NCBI GenBank assembly: GCA_001780035.1
Contig: MFEY01000004.1
Coordinates: 81,405 to 145,404, forward strand
Reading direction: 5' to 3'
Source: Candidatus Doudnabacteria bacterium RIFCSPHIGHO2_12_FULL_48_16
GTDB lineage: Bacteria > Patescibacteriota > Doudnabacteria > UBA920 > O2-02-FULL-48-8
Length of the DNA: 64,000 nt
Below the pieces are notes generated by a model that saw only the letters and a program-made list of their open reading frames with translations, searched no databases and was not told the DNA's origin. Each line of letters starts with the position of its first letter. Position 1 is the stretch's first letter. A program made the position numbers and the translations under genes. This document shows, piece after piece, positions 28,854 through 39,600 of the stretch.

Positions 28854-28992
28854 TGAACAATAAGACCCGGGCAGGCCTTACTCTCTCATTATTGATTGTT
28901 TTTGGGCGTTTTTGTTTTTGTTTCGAACTTTATCTCAAACTTGTATATATATTATAGCACAAAAAGCCGAACTTGTCTAGCCCAAAAAGAAC

Positions 28993-29431
28993 GAACAGCG
29001 TTGAGCGTGCAGCGTAGAGAAAGGGCTACTTAATTTTTGAGCTTGAAGATCATTGAATAAAGCATTTTTTGTACTTCTTCTAACAAGGCTTCTGCCCTAA
29101 AGTAATCAATATTAGAATACTGTTCTTTGGAAATAACAACCTGAGTTTCCAGTTCCGCAGCTGAACCCATAGCAATGCCCAAAAACTGAATAAACTCCCT
29201 CTGGTGATTCCTTCGATATCCTTCCGCGATGTTCGACGGGATTGCAACTGCTGCTCTTTGCATCTGAGAAACTAATCCATACATTTCAGTCTTAGGCATT
29301 TGTTTAGTGGCTGAATAGATCTCGTTTACGAGCTTAATTGCTTTTTGCCAAACTATAAGTTCTTTGAATGAATTTACTTTCATAAATTTTAAATTAATTA
29401 TTTTCTGAACGCTGTCCGCTGTACGCTACAC
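28993..29431. mobile_element. Four-helix-bundle gene flanked by inverted heptamer arrays (family C, GTNNAGC)
   Basis: Left GAACAGC GTTGAGC GTGCAGC GTAGAGA, right TCTGAAC GCTGTCC GCTGTAC GCTACAC (inside the ksgA 3' end). Confidence 0.65.
29030..29383 (-). CDS. Four helix bundle protein
   Basis: SFKELIVWQKA...E.YGLVSQMQRAAVAIPSNIAEG...GSAAELETQ. Confidence 0.93.
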   Translation of the reverse strand: MKVNSFKELIVWQKAIKLVNEIYSATKQMPKTEMYGLVSQMQRAAVAIPSNIAEGYRRNHQREFIQFLGIAMGSAAELETQVVISKEQYSNIDYFRAEALLEEVQKMLYSMIFKLKN

Positions 29432-30314
29432 GCTTATAGAGTTCCACCCACTGTTCGATCTTCAAATCCTGGGGGCGAGTGGTCGGCTCAATCCCCGCTT
29501 GTTTGAGTAATTGCCATGTCTGCTCTTTGTTCATTTTCAAGCCGTTGGCCAGGGTGTTGTGAATCTGCTTTCGTTTGCCGGCAAAAGCAATCTTAACGAT
29601 GCGGAAAAAAGTTTTTTTGTCTTTGATCTCCGGATATTTGTCGCGCGGCGTGATTTTTAAAACCACGGAGTCAACTTCCGGCTGGGGCCAGAAACTTTCC
29701 TTGGGCACGCTCAGGACAATTTCAGCGTCGGCGTAAATCTGCACCGAAATCCCCAGAATGGAAAGTTCGCCCGCGCTAGCTGTCACCCGCTCCCCCACTT
29801 CCTTCTGGACCATGAGGACCATCGAGGTTGGTTTGTTTGCCATTTCCAGAAAAGTTTGTAACAGTTTGCTGGTGAGGTAATATGGAATGTTCGCCACGAC
29901 TTTATAATCGCCGGTAATGTGCTCAGAAAGATTGAATTTTAAAATATCTAAATTAAAAACTTTGTTTTTCTGCAACCCCGAACCTTGTCCCGGACTCCGA
30001 TCCGGGATTGATTCGGGGTCTTTTCGACGAGATCCTGAATTAAATTCAGGATTGCGCCGCAGCAACTCCGCCAACTTTGAATCCTTCTCGACCGCGATAA
30101 CTCGCCCCGCTCGTTTCACCAGTTCAAAAGTCAACACGCCCAACCCCGGGCCGACTTCCAAAACCACATCGCCCGGCTGCAGCTCGGCCGCGGCCACAAT
30201 CCCCTGCAAGGCAGCTTGGTCAACCAAAAAATTCTGACCGAGATAATCGCGAGGTTTCAAGCCGTGATGTTTTAAAAAAGTTTTAAGATTTTCTACGTCT
30301 ATGAGATTATTCAT
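29394..30314 (-). CDS. rsmA: 16S rRNA adenine dimethyltransferase with an in-frame palindromic insertion
   Basis: LGQNFL, VLEVGPGLGVLT, VANIPYYLTS, MVQKEV and P.PEVDS. Confidence 0.96.
   Translation of the reverse strand: MNNLIDVENLKTFLKHHGLKPRDYLGQNFLVDQAALQGIVAAAELQPGDVVLEVGPGLGVLTFELVKRAGRVIAVEKDSKLAELLRRNPEFNSGSRRKDPESIPDRSPGQGSGLQKNKVFNLDILKFNLSEHITGDYKVVANIPYYLTSKLLQTFLEMANKPTSMVLMVQKEVGERVTASAGELSILGISVQIYADAEIVLSVPKESFWPQPEVDSVVLKITPRDKYPEIKDKKTFFRIVKIAFAGKRKQIHNTLANGLKMNKEQTWQLLKQAGIEPTTRPQDLKIEQWVELYKRVAYSGQRSENN
29975..30052. repeat. Nested REP-like palindromes inside rsmA
   Basis: ACCCCGAA..TCCCGGA..TCCGGGA..TTCGGGGT followed by ATCCTGAATTAAATTCAGGAT. Confidence 0.8.
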
Positions 30315-30319
30315 GATTT

Positions 30320-30426
30320 AAATGTCAAATTTCTAATTTCCAATGACTAATGAAATGTTTAATGCTAAAATGCTTTAATTTTTAAAAAATTATGGCATTT
30401 GGCATTTTGTTTGAAATTAGTCATTA
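30320..30426. repeat. Gene-less inverted heptamer-array element (family A)
   Basis: AAATGTC AAATTTC TAATTTC CAATGAC ... GGCATTT GGCATTT .. GAAATTA GTCATTA. Confidence 0.8.
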
Positions 30427-32445
30427 ATAATTTGTTATTCTTGTTATTAGCTCCTCCGGTATTGCCTTCAGGATCCTCGACGGAACGCTGATGTTCCTCG
30501 AGCCGTATTGCCGGCGTGACTGGGCGTGCACCAAAAACAGCATCTTGCGCGCCCGCGTCACCCCGACATAAGCCAGCCGCACTTCTTCGGCAATATCTTT
30601 AGGATCGAGGATCGAGCGCGAGTGCGGCAGTAAACCTTCTTCCAATCCGACCATAAACACTGTGTCAAACTCCAGACCCTTGGCCTGATGCAAGGTCATT
30701 AGGGTAACTTTGGGGGTGTTCAGATCCGCTTCGTCGGCCGAGGTCATCAGGGCCACTTCCTCCAAAAAACGGCTGACCGCTTCCTTCCAGGGCAAACGCT
30801 TGAATGCCCCGGCGACGTTGATCAGCTCCAGCACGTTTTCCCACCGGCCCTCGCCCTCTTCGCTGCCGTCCCGCAAAAACTTCTCATAACCGCTCAGCTT
30901 AATCACCTGGCCCAGGACATCCAGGATATTCGCCGACTCTTCTATGCCGGTTATAAAATTAATCATTTCAAAAAAACCTTTAACCGACGGCTTCTTGAAA
31001 AACAACTCCGAGAGCAGCGGTTCGTCCTTTTCCAGCAGAGCATCTTTGAGGAGTTTGAATGACTGCTCACCGATCCCGCGCGCGGGCTTGTTGATCACCC
31101 GCTTGAGGCTGACCAGATCATTTTGATTGACCAGCAGGCGCAGGTAGCAAAGGATATCTTTGATTTCCGCGCGCTCGTAGAATTTCAATCCGCCAACGAT
31201 CTGGTATGGAATCGAGGAGGCGATAAAAGCTTCTTCGAATGCCCGGGATTGAAAATGCGTCCGGTAAAGCACGGCGATCTGGTTGAGGCCCTGGCGGTTT
31301 TTGAGTTTGGGCAACACGCGGCCCCAGGATTTCTTCATCAGGCGCGACAAAATACCCTGATCTTCCGACTGGTCATCAGTTAAATATTCCAGTTCGGTTT
31401 CCTTGGTCGTAACCGGCGGATCCTGAATGTTCAAAATTCGACCGGCAACGAAATAGGCTTCGGTTGTTTCGTCTTCGGCCGAAAATAAGTTGGGCAGGCC
31501 GCCGGTTTCGTTATCGGTCCAGAGGCGTTTTTTGTGCTGATGGGAATTGAGTTCGATGATTTTTTCGGCAATCCGCAAAATCGGCGAGGTGGAACGGTAA
31601 TTCTGCTCCAGGCGGATAATTTTGCAATCCGGGTAATCATCCTCAAAATCCAGGATATTCTGCAAATTGGCGCCGCGAAAACCATAAATGGCCTGAGCAT
31701 CGTCGCCGACCACAAAAATGTTTTTATGCGCTTGCGCCAACATCTTGGTCCACAAATATTGCACATGGTTGGTGTCCTGATACTCATCGACCAGAATATA
31801 CTGCCAGAGCGCCTGATATTTTTTCAAAATTTCCGGATGCTTCTGAAAAATTTGAACCGGCAGCATAAGCAGATCGCCAAAATCCACGGCATTGTTTTTG
31901 AGCAAACCGTCCTGGTAACGGCGATAAACTTCGCGGGCGGTTTGGGTGAACTTTTTGTCCTTTTCGTCCAAATCCCCGGGCTCCAGGAGGTTATTTTTGG
32001 CCCGGTCAATAACAGCGGCAAACAGCGCCGGTTTAAATTTGGTCGGATCCAGCTTGAGCGCAATCAAAATATCCTTAAGCAGGCTTTCCTGGTCATCGTT
32101 GTCATAAATCACAAAATTGGGCGTTAAGCCGACTAGGCGACTTTCGGCCCGCAGGATCCTGACCCCGATCGAATGGAAGGTTCCCATAGTAGGAGAATTT
32201 GAAATTTTATCAGGCGCTTGCAAAAGCTTAACAATCCGTTCCTTCATCTCCCCCGCTGCCTTATTGGTAAAGGTCACTGCCAAGATATTGTGCGGCTTAA
32301 TCCCCAATTTCTTGATAAGATAAACGATGCGCATGGTTAAGCACCGAGTCTTGCCGCTGCCGGCCCCGGCCAAGATCAAAACCGGCCCCAGCGGGGCGGT
32401 CACGGCTTCAAGCTGGGCTTTATTTAGACCGGAATTAGTATCCAT
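30424..32445 (-). CDS. pcrA: UvrD/PcrA ATP-dependent DNA helicase
   Basis: LAGAGSGKT, VTFTNKAA.EM, VDEYQDTN, LEQNYRST and LMTLH.AKGLEF. Confidence 0.95.
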   Translation of the reverse strand: MDTNSGLNKAQLEAVTAPLGPVLILAGAGSGKTRCLTMRIVYLIKKLGIKPHNILAVTFTNKAAGEMKERIVKLLQAPDKISNSPTMGTFHSIGVRILRAESRLVGLTPNFVIYDNDDQESLLKDILIALKLDPTKFKPALFAAVIDRAKNNLLEPGDLDEKDKKFTQTAREVYRRYQDGLLKNNAVDFGDLLMLPVQIFQKHPEILKKYQALWQYILVDEYQDTNHVQYLWTKMLAQAHKNIFVVGDDAQAIYGFRGANLQNILDFEDDYPDCKIIRLEQNYRSTSPILRIAEKIIELNSHQHKKRLWTDNETGGLPNLFSAEDETTEAYFVAGRILNIQDPPVTTKETELEYLTDDQSEDQGILSRLMKKSWGRVLPKLKNRQGLNQIAVLYRTHFQSRAFEEAFIASSIPYQIVGGLKFYERAEIKDILCYLRLLVNQNDLVSLKRVINKPARGIGEQSFKLLKDALLEKDEPLLSELFFKKPSVKGFFEMINFITGIEESANILDVLGQVIKLSGYEKFLRDGSEEGEGRWENVLELINVAGAFKRLPWKEAVSRFLEEVALMTSADEADLNTPKVTLMTLHQAKGLEFDTVFMVGLEEGLLPHSRSILDPKDIAEEVRLAYVGVTRARKMLFLVHAQSRRQYGSRNISVPSRILKAIPEELITRITNY

Positions 32446-32471
32446 AGTCTAACCATTATAACCCAGCCTTC

Positions 32472-32537
32472 GAATTAAGAATAACGAATTATGAATTAGG
32501 GTATTTTCCATAATTCCTCATTCCTACTTCCTTATTC
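32472..32537. repeat. Gene-less inverted heptamer-array element (family B, GAATWAN)
   Basis: GAATTAA GAATAAC GAATTAT GAATTAG ... ATAATTC CTCATTC CTACTTC CTTATTC. Confidence 0.8.
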
Positions 32538-32556
32538 CGGCTTGTGGATAAGAACA

Positions 32557-32585
32557 TTGACCAAACCGGCCGGGTCTGGTAAAAT
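32557..32585 (+). promoter_or_regulatory. Sigma70 promoter TTGACC-N17-TAAAAT
   Basis: Near-consensus boxes with 17-bp spacer and TG extension, upstream of the LysM/M23 gene. Confidence 0.6.
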
Positions 32586-32824
32586 TGACCCTAGTGATTT
32601 CGGACGTAACGGATCCCACAGTTAACCCCACAATTTGGCTTATATAAGGTTTTTTTGTGAGTAATTTCGTATGGGTAAAGTAAGCTTTTGAGTGGGTTTA
32701 AAAGGCGACTATTATTTTATCTATTTATCAAAAATTTGCCTCTCTCTGCATCCGGCTGGCAACGAACTGGAAAACCAACGGCAAATTTACAATCCATCCG
32801 TTCAAATCCCTGCATTCTCGGCAC

Positions 32825-33982
32825 TTGCTGCCTTTGTCTATTGGGGACTACGCGGCGCGTTTCAGTCTCGAGCTGGTGCTGGTCGGTTTGACCATTGCCG
32901 GCATCTGGGCCAATGTTCTCGTCACTCATCACGCTTCCACTTCCAATCCGGACCAAAGCGTGATTTTTTCATTCTTAAAATCGCATCCCGGCCTGAACCG
33001 CAAACTGCTTTCGGCCGCGGACACAACCACGATTTTCTCCAAATCCGACCAGCGCTTAACCCTCTCCTCGCAGTCTTTGGGGGTGGTCCTGGCCGCACAG
33101 CCGGTGGACACCAATCCTCATGCCACTACGGCTTCCACCATGCAGGACGATGTCATTGTTAAAACCAACCCGTCGGACACTCAAGGGGTCCCCCGCAACG
33201 GCTTTACCACTTATCAAGTCCAGCCCGGCGACACGCTCATCGATATCGCCTCCAGCTTCGGAGTTTCCCCCCAGACCGTGATGCTGGAGAACAAAATTAC
33301 CGACGACCGGCAGCTCAAAGCCGGCCAGGATCTGACCATTCTGCCGACGACCGGCATCAGCCATACTGTCGGAGAATCAGATTCCTTGGAATCCTTACTG
33401 GCCAAATACAAAATCTCTGCCGATGACTTTTTGGATGCCAATAACATTGAGTCCTTCGACGACTTGGCCATCGGCACCGACATCGTAATCCCCCTGCAAA
33501 ACGTCACACTCCCCGCTCTGGTCAAACCCGCAGCCAGGTTTGTCAAAGACGAAAGCAATAAAATCGCCCTCAAACAAGCCTCTGTTCCAGCCGACTTCCT
33601 GGGCGCCGCACTTGATTTTATCTGGCCGACTCCGGTCCGCACAATCACCCAGGGCTTCTCCAAACGCCACACCGGCCTGGATATTTCCGACAGCAAAAAG
33701 GAGCCGGTTTACGCGGCCTGCACCGGATTCGTGGAAATCTCAGGATACCAGGCTAACGGCTACGGCAATAATATCGTCATAAATTGCGGCAGTGGATTCA
33801 AGACCCGCTATGGCCATCTTTCCGAACTTTATGTTTCAGCCGGTGATTATGTGACCAAGGGACAATTGATCGGCAAACAGGGCCGCACCGGCCGCGTCCG
33901 CGGCGCCACCGGCATTCACCTGCACTTTGAGGTCATCAAAAACGGCGTCCGGGTCAACCCTCTAAGCTACGTCAAACCATAA
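32825..33982 (+). CDS. LysM-domain M23 peptidase
   Basis: Two LysM repeats (YQVQPGDTL..IA..FGVS), HTGLD and YGHLS...HLHFEV. Start uncertain. Confidence 0.93.
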   Translation: MLPLSIGDYAARFSLELVLVGLTIAGIWANVLVTHHASTSNPDQSVIFSFLKSHPGLNRKLLSAADTTTIFSKSDQRLTLSSQSLGVVLAAQPVDTNPHATTASTMQDDVIVKTNPSDTQGVPRNGFTTYQVQPGDTLIDIASSFGVSPQTVMLENKITDDRQLKAGQDLTILPTTGISHTVGESDSLESLLAKYKISADDFLDANNIESFDDLAIGTDIVIPLQNVTLPALVKPAARFVKDESNKIALKQASVPADFLGAALDFIWPTPVRTITQGFSKRHTGLDISDSKKEPVYAACTGFVEISGYQANGYGNNIVINCGSGFKTRYGHLSELYVSAGDYVTKGQLIGKQGRTGRVRGATGIHLHFEVIKNGVRVNPLSYVKP

Positions 33983-33994
33983 ATAGTGGCATAT

Positions 33995-34024
33995 AAAAAT
34001 CCTCCGGCATGCCGGAGGATTTTT
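33995..34024. terminator. Bidirectional terminator
   Basis: AAAAATCCTCCGG CATG CCGGAGGATTTT between convergent genes. Confidence 0.8.
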
Positions 34025-34034
34025 GTTGTTTAGT

Positions 34035-34436
34035 CTATTGGCCGATGATCTGAATCTTGTCCGCCTGATAAACTCCGGCCTTGGGCGGATCGGAAAAATA
34101 AACCACGATCTGCTGTTTGTCCTTGAAATCTGCAAGTGTCGCATCCACAATCTTTATGGTCTTGCCATCTTTGGCCTGCTTCACCAATTTGGTTTCAGCG
34201 GAAATCTGAGCTGAATAATTGTTCGCACCTTCGGCAAAATCAATCTTGGTCGCTGAAACAGCGGACACGGTCCCCATAATGAAGTTGGGGTTCTTCGGGT
34301 CAAATGTTTCGCTAGTTTGCTTGCTGCTGTCGAGCTTTTTTTCGTCATCAGAATTATTTGATTTAGATTGCATTGCCACATATGCTCCGACGGCGAGCAC
34401 CGCGACCACGACCACTGTGATAATTGTTTTATTCAT
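34035..34436 (-). CDS. Membrane-anchored hypothetical protein (OB-like)
   Basis: N-terminal TM helix and beta-rich C-terminus. Confidence 0.75.
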   Translation of the reverse strand: MNKTIITVVVVAVLAVGAYVAMQSKSNNSDDEKKLDSSKQTSETFDPKNPNFIMGTVSAVSATKIDFAEGANNYSAQISAETKLVKQAKDGKTIKIVDATLADFKDKQQIVVYFSDPPKAGVYQADKIQIIGQ

Positions 34437-34483
34437 ATTTTTAGTTAATTATTTATTAATTAGTTAATTATTTATTTTATGGA

Positions 34484-36619
34484 TTAGGGTGGAAAGTTCT
34501 GCGTACATGGCGTATTTACCGGACAATTATTGACCTGCCAGTTATACCCGGGTTTATTGGCCGGAGTGATGGTCCAGCTGCTGTAAGGCTTGGCAGAATA
34601 GGATCCGGTGCTGCTGCCACCACCGGCTGAGACACTTGGACAGGCCGGGCTGGTCAGCGGGCAGGTAATCGTCCACGTGGTAGGTGTCGAGGAATTAACT
34701 TCAATCGTGCCTTGATTAAGTTTGGTAAAGGAAGCGCTACCACAAGCGCCCAATGAAGTTCCATAATTCTCATTGGTGGCGTAGACATGAACATTCATAA
34801 CTCCAAGCCCGGAGTGATTATTCAAAATGACGGTCGCGGTCCAAGTTCCCCCGCCGGCATTAGCCCCCTGATACCAGATAATATCATCCTGTCCGTCTTG
34901 GTCGGACCATATCGGGAATTGGACGGCTGTCGCATTTGCGACCCCAGTGGCTGACACGACCATGGTGCTGGCGGACGTCGTCCATGTCCCGGCGGCAGAA
35001 CCGCCCGTGCACGTCGGCTGCGCATTGATATTGATGATGACTGTATCCGTAGCTGTTCCATTCGCGCCCGTGCAATCGACGCGATAAGTGTTATTGGTCG
35101 TCATGTTGCCGGTCGCAACACTCGGTTGCGCTGTCCCAGTCCAGCCCGTATCTGCATTGTTAAGTCCGCCACCGGTAACATACAATGAGCAAGAAGTAGT
35201 GTTGATTGAGGTCCAGCTTAAGGTCGCTGAAGTATTGTTATTGATAGAAATCGGGCCGTCCGAACCATTGGCTTTAATATCCACAGTTGGTAGCGCACAA
35301 ACAAAAGCGGAAACTGGCGAATAAATCAGGTCCGGATTTCCGCCACTATTAAGATCAATGGCATACATATTGATCGTATGACTGGCGCCATCTTTCCAGG
35401 CACTTGGAATAGTATATGTGAAGCCATGATTCTTATTGCCTGGCAAATCGCCTCGGAAATCCCCAGCCGAGATATTCGTATAGAAACTGCCGTTGTGGTA
35501 GATGTGGATTTGGATGGCGGTATCCGAAAAATCAGGATCCCAAGCCCAACCGGACATGGTCGCACAGTTGCTATTATTATTCGTACTGTTGGTATTGCTT
35601 TCCAAAACTCCTGTGGCCTGTTGGGAAGCAGCCACGGTCACGGTTACCGTAGCTCCAGGATTTCCGCCAGCTACACCCGAACAACTTATGTTGTACGTGG
35701 TTTCGCCGGTGATATTGGTCGCAGTCCATGTGCCGCTTACGCCTCCTGTGCCGCCTGGAGGTGTGGGACCCGGGCCGGAGACCTTGCCCACAGCGCACGA
35801 GGTAGTGCTGGCGGTGGACCAGGCCAAGGTGGATGAACCGCCAAAAGCGATTGAGGTCGGGTCGGCAGTAAAGCCGATGGTGTAGGGGGCGTAAGTAGTG
35901 TAGGTAGCCTGATCACAATACGTATCGCCAGTGGTGGCATTCGACATGTAGGCATGGGTGAAAACGGTTCCATAGCCTGGATGGCTACTCATATTTATAT
36001 CGATATACCACGTACCGCTTCCCGCATTTGTCCCATCGTACCAAACAATATCGTCCTGACCCCCTGATTCGGACCAAGTGGGGAAAAGCACAGCCGTGGC
36101 ATTGGCCACACCATTGGCGTTTACGCGTTGCGTGGTATTGCCGTAAACAGCCGTGCCGTCAGGAGTTGCTGAGGAACAGGTGGGCGGCGGAGGAGGGGGA
36201 GGCGGATTGGCACAAGTATAGTAGCCGTCCGACTGGGGTCCCCAGTTACCCCAACCGTCCCGTGCATGTATCCACCAGTGGTAACTATGCCCAGGCGTGG
36301 TGCTGATCGAGGTCGAAGGTCCAGTGTAGGGCTTGTTTTCGGGAATCCAAAAGCTGGTTAGGTAAGCACCGCCCGCCGTATCGTCCGCGATTCGAAAATA
36401 TGCATCATACGGAGGCATGGCATTCCAGCTCATAGAAGCAGTGGTTCCGGCACCCCCGCAGGAGCCAACTAAACCGGTGGGAGTTGGGAACCAATCAATG
36501 TAGGTCGCCGCCTTGGCTGATTTGGCCGCAATAAATAATCCCGCGAACAGGAGGACAGAAAAAATAATTGTGAGTTTAAGTTTGTTTGTCATTTGAAATT
36601 TGATGTTTGTAATTTCCAT
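34484..36619 (-). CDS. Surface protein with two GBS Bsp-like repeats and Ig-like modules
   Basis: V.FP.WS...GQDDI.WY twice, signal peptide ending AKA, T/S/G-rich. Confidence 0.8.
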   Translation of the reverse strand: MEITNIKFQMTNKLKLTIIFSVLLFAGLFIAAKSAKAATYIDWFPTPTGLVGSCGGAGTTASMSWNAMPPYDAYFRIADDTAGGAYLTSFWIPENKPYTGPSTSISTTPGHSYHWWIHARDGWGNWGPQSDGYYTCANPPPPPPPPTCSSATPDGTAVYGNTTQRVNANGVANATAVLFPTWSESGGQDDIVWYDGTNAGSGTWYIDINMSSHPGYGTVFTHAYMSNATTGDTYCDQATYTTYAPYTIGFTADPTSIAFGGSSTLAWSTASTTSCAVGKVSGPGPTPPGGTGGVSGTWTATNITGETTYNISCSGVAGGNPGATVTVTVAASQQATGVLESNTNSTNNNSNCATMSGWAWDPDFSDTAIQIHIYHNGSFYTNISAGDFRGDLPGNKNHGFTYTIPSAWKDGASHTINMYAIDLNSGGNPDLIYSPVSAFVCALPTVDIKANGSDGPISINNNTSATLSWTSINTTSCSLYVTGGGLNNADTGWTGTAQPSVATGNMTTNNTYRVDCTGANGTATDTVIININAQPTCTGGSAAGTWTTSASTMVVSATGVANATAVQFPIWSDQDGQDDIIWYQGANAGGGTWTATVILNNHSGLGVMNVHVYATNENYGTSLGACGSASFTKLNQGTIEVNSSTPTTWTITCPLTSPACPSVSAGGGSSTGSYSAKPYSSWTITPANKPGYNWQVNNCPVNTPCTQNFPP

Positions 36620-36636
36620 AAAATTGCTTCGCAATT

Positions 36637-39600
36637 TTATGGCGCGACTTCCCGGAAACTCGGCACCTGGCCTTTGTTCTTATTCACGATAATCGTCGGC
36701 GCGCAGGCGATTTTGGATCGTGCCTCGCTATCCGTATAATAAACTACGCCGCAGTTGGTGACAATTTCCTGCGATCCGCTGCTGGCACTGGCAGTAAAAG
36801 TTGCATCAAATGTCACCAGCCAGTTGTTGGCGATATTTTTGATACCGCTGACATTGAATCTTAACCCGGAATTACCGCCAGCCAAACAGGCGGCATTGTT
36901 TTGGCTGATGCCGGAGCTAGCTGAGCCGCTGCCGCTCACGCTCAGGTTTCGGATATCCGTCAGATTGCCGCTGGCGTTGTCGCAGATGTAATTAACCGTG
37001 GCGTTCGCCGGACCGTCGTTGACGATGGTGATTTGGTAGGTCAGAGTATCCCCGTCTTTGATCACGGTAGTCCCACTATAGGCTGCGCCATTGACCCTGA
37101 TCAAGGCTTTGGATGAAGATGAGAGGTTGGCAACACAGGCCACATTCATGGCATTGGCGCTGCCAGAATAAGCTTCCAACGGATCAATAACAACGCCGCG
37201 GTGCGCGCTGACGCGATAATAATACCGGACATTGGTCTGCGGAGGTGTATCTTGGTAGGAGCGGACACCGGTGCCGAGCAACCCCGAGATCGGACTGCCC
37301 CAGGTAGCGCCATCTATAGAGCGGTAAACATAAAAGCCATTCTCTACGCCATTGTTACTGTAGCTCCAGGTCGTCGTAATGGTCTGGCAGGGAATATTGC
37401 TTACTGAGACACCGGTAGGCTCATTCAATGTCAGAGCTGTATATGTGATGCCAAACACCAGGCTCGCCGAAGCAGTGACTGTAAAATTCGCACTGTCGCA
37501 CCAGACAAACCCGGCAGATCCGTTCCAAAGGTATACGTGGACGTTGACCCCGCCGGTGCCCGGATGAGCGGACATGGGAATATCGTAATACCATTGATTG
37601 CCGCTGAGGATATTACCCTCATACCAGATTAAATCGTCTTGCCCCCCTGTATCAGTCCAGGCTGGGAAATAAACCATTCCGGTATTGCCACTGACACCGT
37701 TGGCAAAAGTCCGACGGGTGGATTGGGCGGTGGAAATGCTGTCGCTGTCCGGAGTAGCTGAAGTGCAAGTCATCCCCGAAGGAGCGTTAACGTTCACTGT
37801 CACGCTGGCAGTGGCAGCACCGTTATCGCAATTGACCGTGTAGGTGGTGGTAGCGGTGAGATTTCCAGTGCTGTTACTGCCCGAAGTCCCGGTCCACCCA
37901 CCGGGTGAAACCGAACAAGAAGTAACATTAGCCGAACCCCAAGTGATATCTGCCGCAGTGTTGTTGGAAATAGTAATTGAAGTCGGTTGGCCGTTGGCTT
38001 TGATCCAGACTGTGGGACCGGCTGGTGGAACGGTGACATTGAAATTCGCCGAGTCGCACCATTGATTGCTGAAATTAGCATTGGTCATGTAAACATGAAC
38101 ATTGACGTGGCTGGCTGGCAGGTTCCCGGAAACGGGAATATCCACGTACCATTCATTGCCGCTTAGGATCGCGCCTGGGTACCAAACGGCACCGGCCCCG
38201 CCTTGGGCATCAGTAAATGTCGGGAACCAGACATTTGTCGCGTTGACCACGCCATTGGCATAGGTGCGCCGGGTGGGGGCGGTTGTATAAACCGAATCCT
38301 CATCTGGGGTGGCGGATGTGCAAGTCGGGGCCGTAGGAGGGGGTGGCGCAGAATTCACGTCCACAGTCACGCTGTCCGAGGCTGAGCCTCCTGCGCCAGT
38401 GCAATTGACTGTATAAGTAGAAGCGGCGGTAAGATTGCCCGTGCTTTGACTGCCCGACGTGCCGGTCCAGCCGGTTTGAGCAACTGTGCAGGAACTGGCA
38501 TTGGTCGAGGACCAAGAAACTGTGCTGGCGGTATTGTTATCAACCGGGTTCGGATTGGCGGAAATTGATGCGGTGGGAGCTACCGGCGGAGGGCCGCCGC
38601 AGTTTGCCTGGGTGGCGCTGATACTAAGAGTATTTGAAGAAGTGGTGCTGCCACTGGGGTTGCTGGCAATTATATGGTACTCATAAGTTTGATTCTTCGA
38701 AACGCTATCAGCGTATTGATCGAGCTCGGCATATGTCAGGTTGGATGCCACCACTGCCCACGAACCGCTGCCCTGCCTTCTTTCAAGCGTATATGTGACC
38801 GCACCCGAAGATTGACTGCTGTTGACTTCGACTTCCGGGTTGGGCCAGTTGAAACAGGAAAGATTTGTAAGGCTAAAGGCTCCGGGCGGACTGCCGCCGG
38901 ATGATTGGACTGTCACTATCGTATCCCAGGTGCGAAAATCTTCTCCGCCCATACGGGCCGGCCCAGCAACTCGCAGACTAAAAATATATGTGCCGGGAGT
39001 ATTTAAAGCTATGGGCAAACTCCAGCTCTCAGTATCCTCCGGCATACCGTCGCTGTCATCCCAGAAACCACCGATGCCGTTTGGCCCCTCCATAAACATC
39101 TGGCGGCTCGGCACAGTCCCAGTGGTCGTCCAAGAAAACTGCGGTGACACTCCGGTCGCAATCGAAGGAGTAAGAAGACTAGAGCTGTCCAAACTTGTAA
39201 ATTCGCGGCGATGCATTGTCCATTTGACTTGCACGTCATTTTCGTTGAAAAATGTTTGATGAACCTTGAGCCTGACTACCAAATGAGAATAGTAAGTGTA
39301 GTCCAAAGAATCAATGCCGCCAGTAACGATTGAAGGGCTTCCAGTATCATCTCCCGGTGAGCCTTCATATGTTTGGACTGTATTGCAAAAGCCGTCGCCC
39401 CAGGCCGATGTGTTATTGACACAAAATTCGATACCCGGGGAGGGATTGTCGTTTTGCAAAATTTGCCAGTCAATTTGATAAACCTGGCCCCAATTGCCAG
39501 GAAAGACAGATAAAAATAAAGCTGTGACCGGGTCATTCCTTCCATCAGAAGAAAGTCCGGTTGTGACGGTTTTGGTCGTGCCATCGGACCCCTCTGGATC

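Noticed and set aside
32543-32551. DnaA box (TGTGGATAA) as a sign of oriC
   Set aside because: Single box with no cluster, no unwinding element and no dnaA/dnaN nearby.
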